A stretch of 64,000 nt of DNA from Cyanophora paradoxa CCMP329 (lineage: Eukaryota; Plantae; Glaucophyta): assembly GCA_004431415.1 (NCBI GenBank), contig QPMI01000005.1:1116001-1180000 (forward strand). The letters run 5' to 3'. The notes beneath the pieces were generated by a model. The model was given only the letters and a program-made list of their open reading frames with translations, had not been told where the DNA came from and made no database searches. This document shows, in pieces, positions 61,807 to 64,000 of this stretch. The stretch's first letter is position 1, and each line of letters starts with the position of its first letter. A program made the translations under genes and the position numbers.

Positions 61807-62649
61807 CATTCTAGCTGCAGGCCCGCTGATCATGATTCATGAGCAGCAGCAGCAGCTGTCGTTGCTGCAGTTGCGCTTAGCAACCGCGTACATACTAGTG
61901 CTGCTGCGCATGTAGCTAGCGCTGCTGCGCATGCTTGTGCAGACGGAGCACTGCGGCGCATCAGCAGGTGAATTCAAAGTCAACGCAGCGCTTGCGATCG
62001 CGAAAGCAGTGATCCTGATTTTGTCGAAGCCGCTGATTATGAGCACCCGCTCCGGATCGTGAAGTGCGCGGCGGTCGCGACCATTATTTCAAGACGAAGC
62101 CGAGGAAGATTATTCGAATTCTTTTGTCCTGAAAACGTCCGTCGTTCTGGCAAACTGCGCAAGAATCGAAATATATAATAGCTAATTGTAATCGCTATGC
62201 CAGTATGTCCGACGGTCATGATATCGATCATGAGTAATCAGTAAATGGGGGGGTGCGGGGGGGCTTGCCCCCCTGCTTGTTGATATATAGACGTGTCACC
62301 GCCGGATTGATCACCGGTGTCAGTAAATGCATATCGATATCGCTGCAGCTGTCCAAAAAGTGGGACCCGGTCCCGCCCGGTCCCGCGACGAAAGCGCGCC
62401 AGGAACGCCCCAGAGCGGTACAGAATGAGAGCCGACGGCGCGCGCACCGCTGCAAGCTCGATTTCGGGCGCCGCCGACACTGCAGTGCGAAGAGTCGGCG
62501 GAAACTTTGACCCAGCCGGTCCCGCCTGGTCCCGCGACGCGCGCAATCGATGCGTACTCACGCGCATAGACATAGCACGGCCTGCGCACTCCAGCGATCC
62601 GGTTTTCGGAGCCGGAACAGTGCAGGAAGGCACCCGGCGGCGAACTTCG

Positions 62650-63045
62650 CGATCGGAAAATTCGATCCTGCACAGGCCCGGACATCTTTCCGCGCGCCCA
62701 CGCCGCGGCGCATGCGCGGAACAATAGTATAAGCATTTGAGATGTAGACAAATCCTTCCGCGCGCTTTGCAGATGCGCCGGGCCGCGAGGACCCAGCCGA
62801 CCCCAAGATTTCGATCCTTGACAAACCTGCCCATCTTTCCGCGCGCCCTCGCATCCTCACGCATGCCCATCCGTACAGTATTCATTTGAGAGCTTTTCCA
62901 AGCTTTGCGCAAGCCCTCCGGGGGCGAAAGAGCACAAGAACCCAGCCGACGCCAAATTTTCGATCCTGCACAGGCCTGCACATATTTCCGTGCGCCCTCG
63001 CCTCCGCAGCCCTCCACATTGATAGTATATGCATTCTAAGAGATT
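62650..63045. repeat. Diverged ~149-bp tandem repeat, about 3 copies
   Basis: The anchor 'ttcgatcct(g/t)...cat(c/a)tttccg(c/t)gcgccc...agtat...catt' recurs at ~62661, ~62810 and ~62959. Confidence 0.8.
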
Positions 63046-63761
63046 CGCAAGCTCTACGCATGTGCATGCGCCTGGCCGCGGGAACCTCGCTCCTCCCCTT
63101 CATCAGGAGCTCGAGCGCTAGCTCGAGGTGAGACCTAGGGGGGAAAGAGGTATATATATTTCCCCCCTAGATCCCCCCTAGCGGTGCAAGCTTGATGGAG
63201 AAAAGTAGTCCAGGCGGCACGCGTACCGTGCGGCGTACGCGGCGCAGTGCGAGGAAGCAGAAATCTAGAGGAGACAGCTAGCGCTAGCTATAATATAGGG
63301 AGAAGTGGTTGCCATGCAAAACCGCGCAAGGGAGAGCCCGGAGCTAGAGAGACGTTGGTTTTCCCCTCGAAAACCGCTTTTCGCGAGTTCGAAAGTGCTC
63401 TCGCGAGCTCAGCGGCTCGACTTTGACGGTCGAAAGACGAGAGCTGACCGGTCCACCGAGCCAATCGGAACGCGAATAAGCCCCATTTTTCCCCGTGTTG
63501 CATACTGGACCTCGAAAACGGCCTCAGAAAAATTTTGGCTGAAGCGAGGGAACGGGAAGCAATTTTTGCAAGCTGGGAGAAGCCCTTCGGTCTTCTTCCC
63601 CCCTTGCAATATTTCGCGGTGCGGTGCATCGACGCGGCGCCCGGCGCTGCTGAACGCGCTGCTTCAGACCCCCGCGCTCTGCACCGGTGCGGGGCGCCCC
63701 GCCCCCCGGGCCCCCCGCAAGCCGGCCCCCGCGAGCCGGCCCCCGGGCAGCGCGGCGGGCG

Positions 63762-64000
63762 ATGTCGCTCAAGTTCGGGGTGGCGGCGCTCGAGTACTTC
63801 CTCGCTGATCGCGAGCGCGCCCCGGAGCCCGCCTCCGCCTCGAGCTCCCCCGCGCCCGGTGCGCACCCCGCCCCGCCCCCGCCCCCGCCCCCCGCTCACG
63901 GCGGGGCAGGGCCGGGCGCTGCGGGCGCGCGAGGCCGCCGATCTGCTCCTCGCCGACAAGTCCCAGGCCCGCGTACCCCCCCAGGCCCCCGCCCCCCCAC
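63762..64000 (+). CDS. Probable 5' end of an unidentified spliced gene
   Basis: ATG 'MSLKFGVAALEYFLADRER...' followed by a typical gtgcgc...ctcac...cag intron and a further exon-like segment. No recognisable domain. Confidence 0.35.
   Translation, partial: MSLKFGVAALEYFLADRERAPEPASASSSPAPGAHPAPPPPPPPAHGGAGPGAAGARGRRSAPRRQVPGPRTPPGPRPP

Overview
This is very GC-rich, intron-dense eukaryotic nuclear DNA, so most ORFs in the supplied track are shadows of spliced genes. A nuclear phycobilisome linker with an MAF- transit peptide, a second plastid protein with an MSGAAF- presequence, and flagellar/basal-body-type genes point to a glaucophyte alga, most likely Cyanophora (inference). Gene models were assembled by eye from exon translations. 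In order they are: an ADCY10-like soluble cyclase with a STAND ATPase (runs off the left edge); three F-box/LRR/ankyrin paralogues; a SHIPPO-repeat protein; a TKL kinase fused to a right-handed beta-helix; thymidine kinase; a large Sfi1-like repeat/coiled-coil protein; apcC; a DUF1995 plastid protein; and a 13-kb hybrid histidine kinase with two receiver domains. A gene-poor zone follows, holding a ~1 kb plastid 16S rRNA insertion (NUPT), a retroposed fragment with a target-site duplication, possible DNA-transposon relics and a ~149-bp tandem repeat. The most interesting signal is a mutational process. The NUPT has acquired short palindromic insertions in conserved rRNA motifs, using the same palindrome vocabulary that fills the introns, and many long introns contain decayed echo copies of the neighbouring exon/splice junction. 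GC-AG introns, microexons and near-universal head-to-head gene pairing are also notable. No database searches were run, and family calls rest on recognised motifs.
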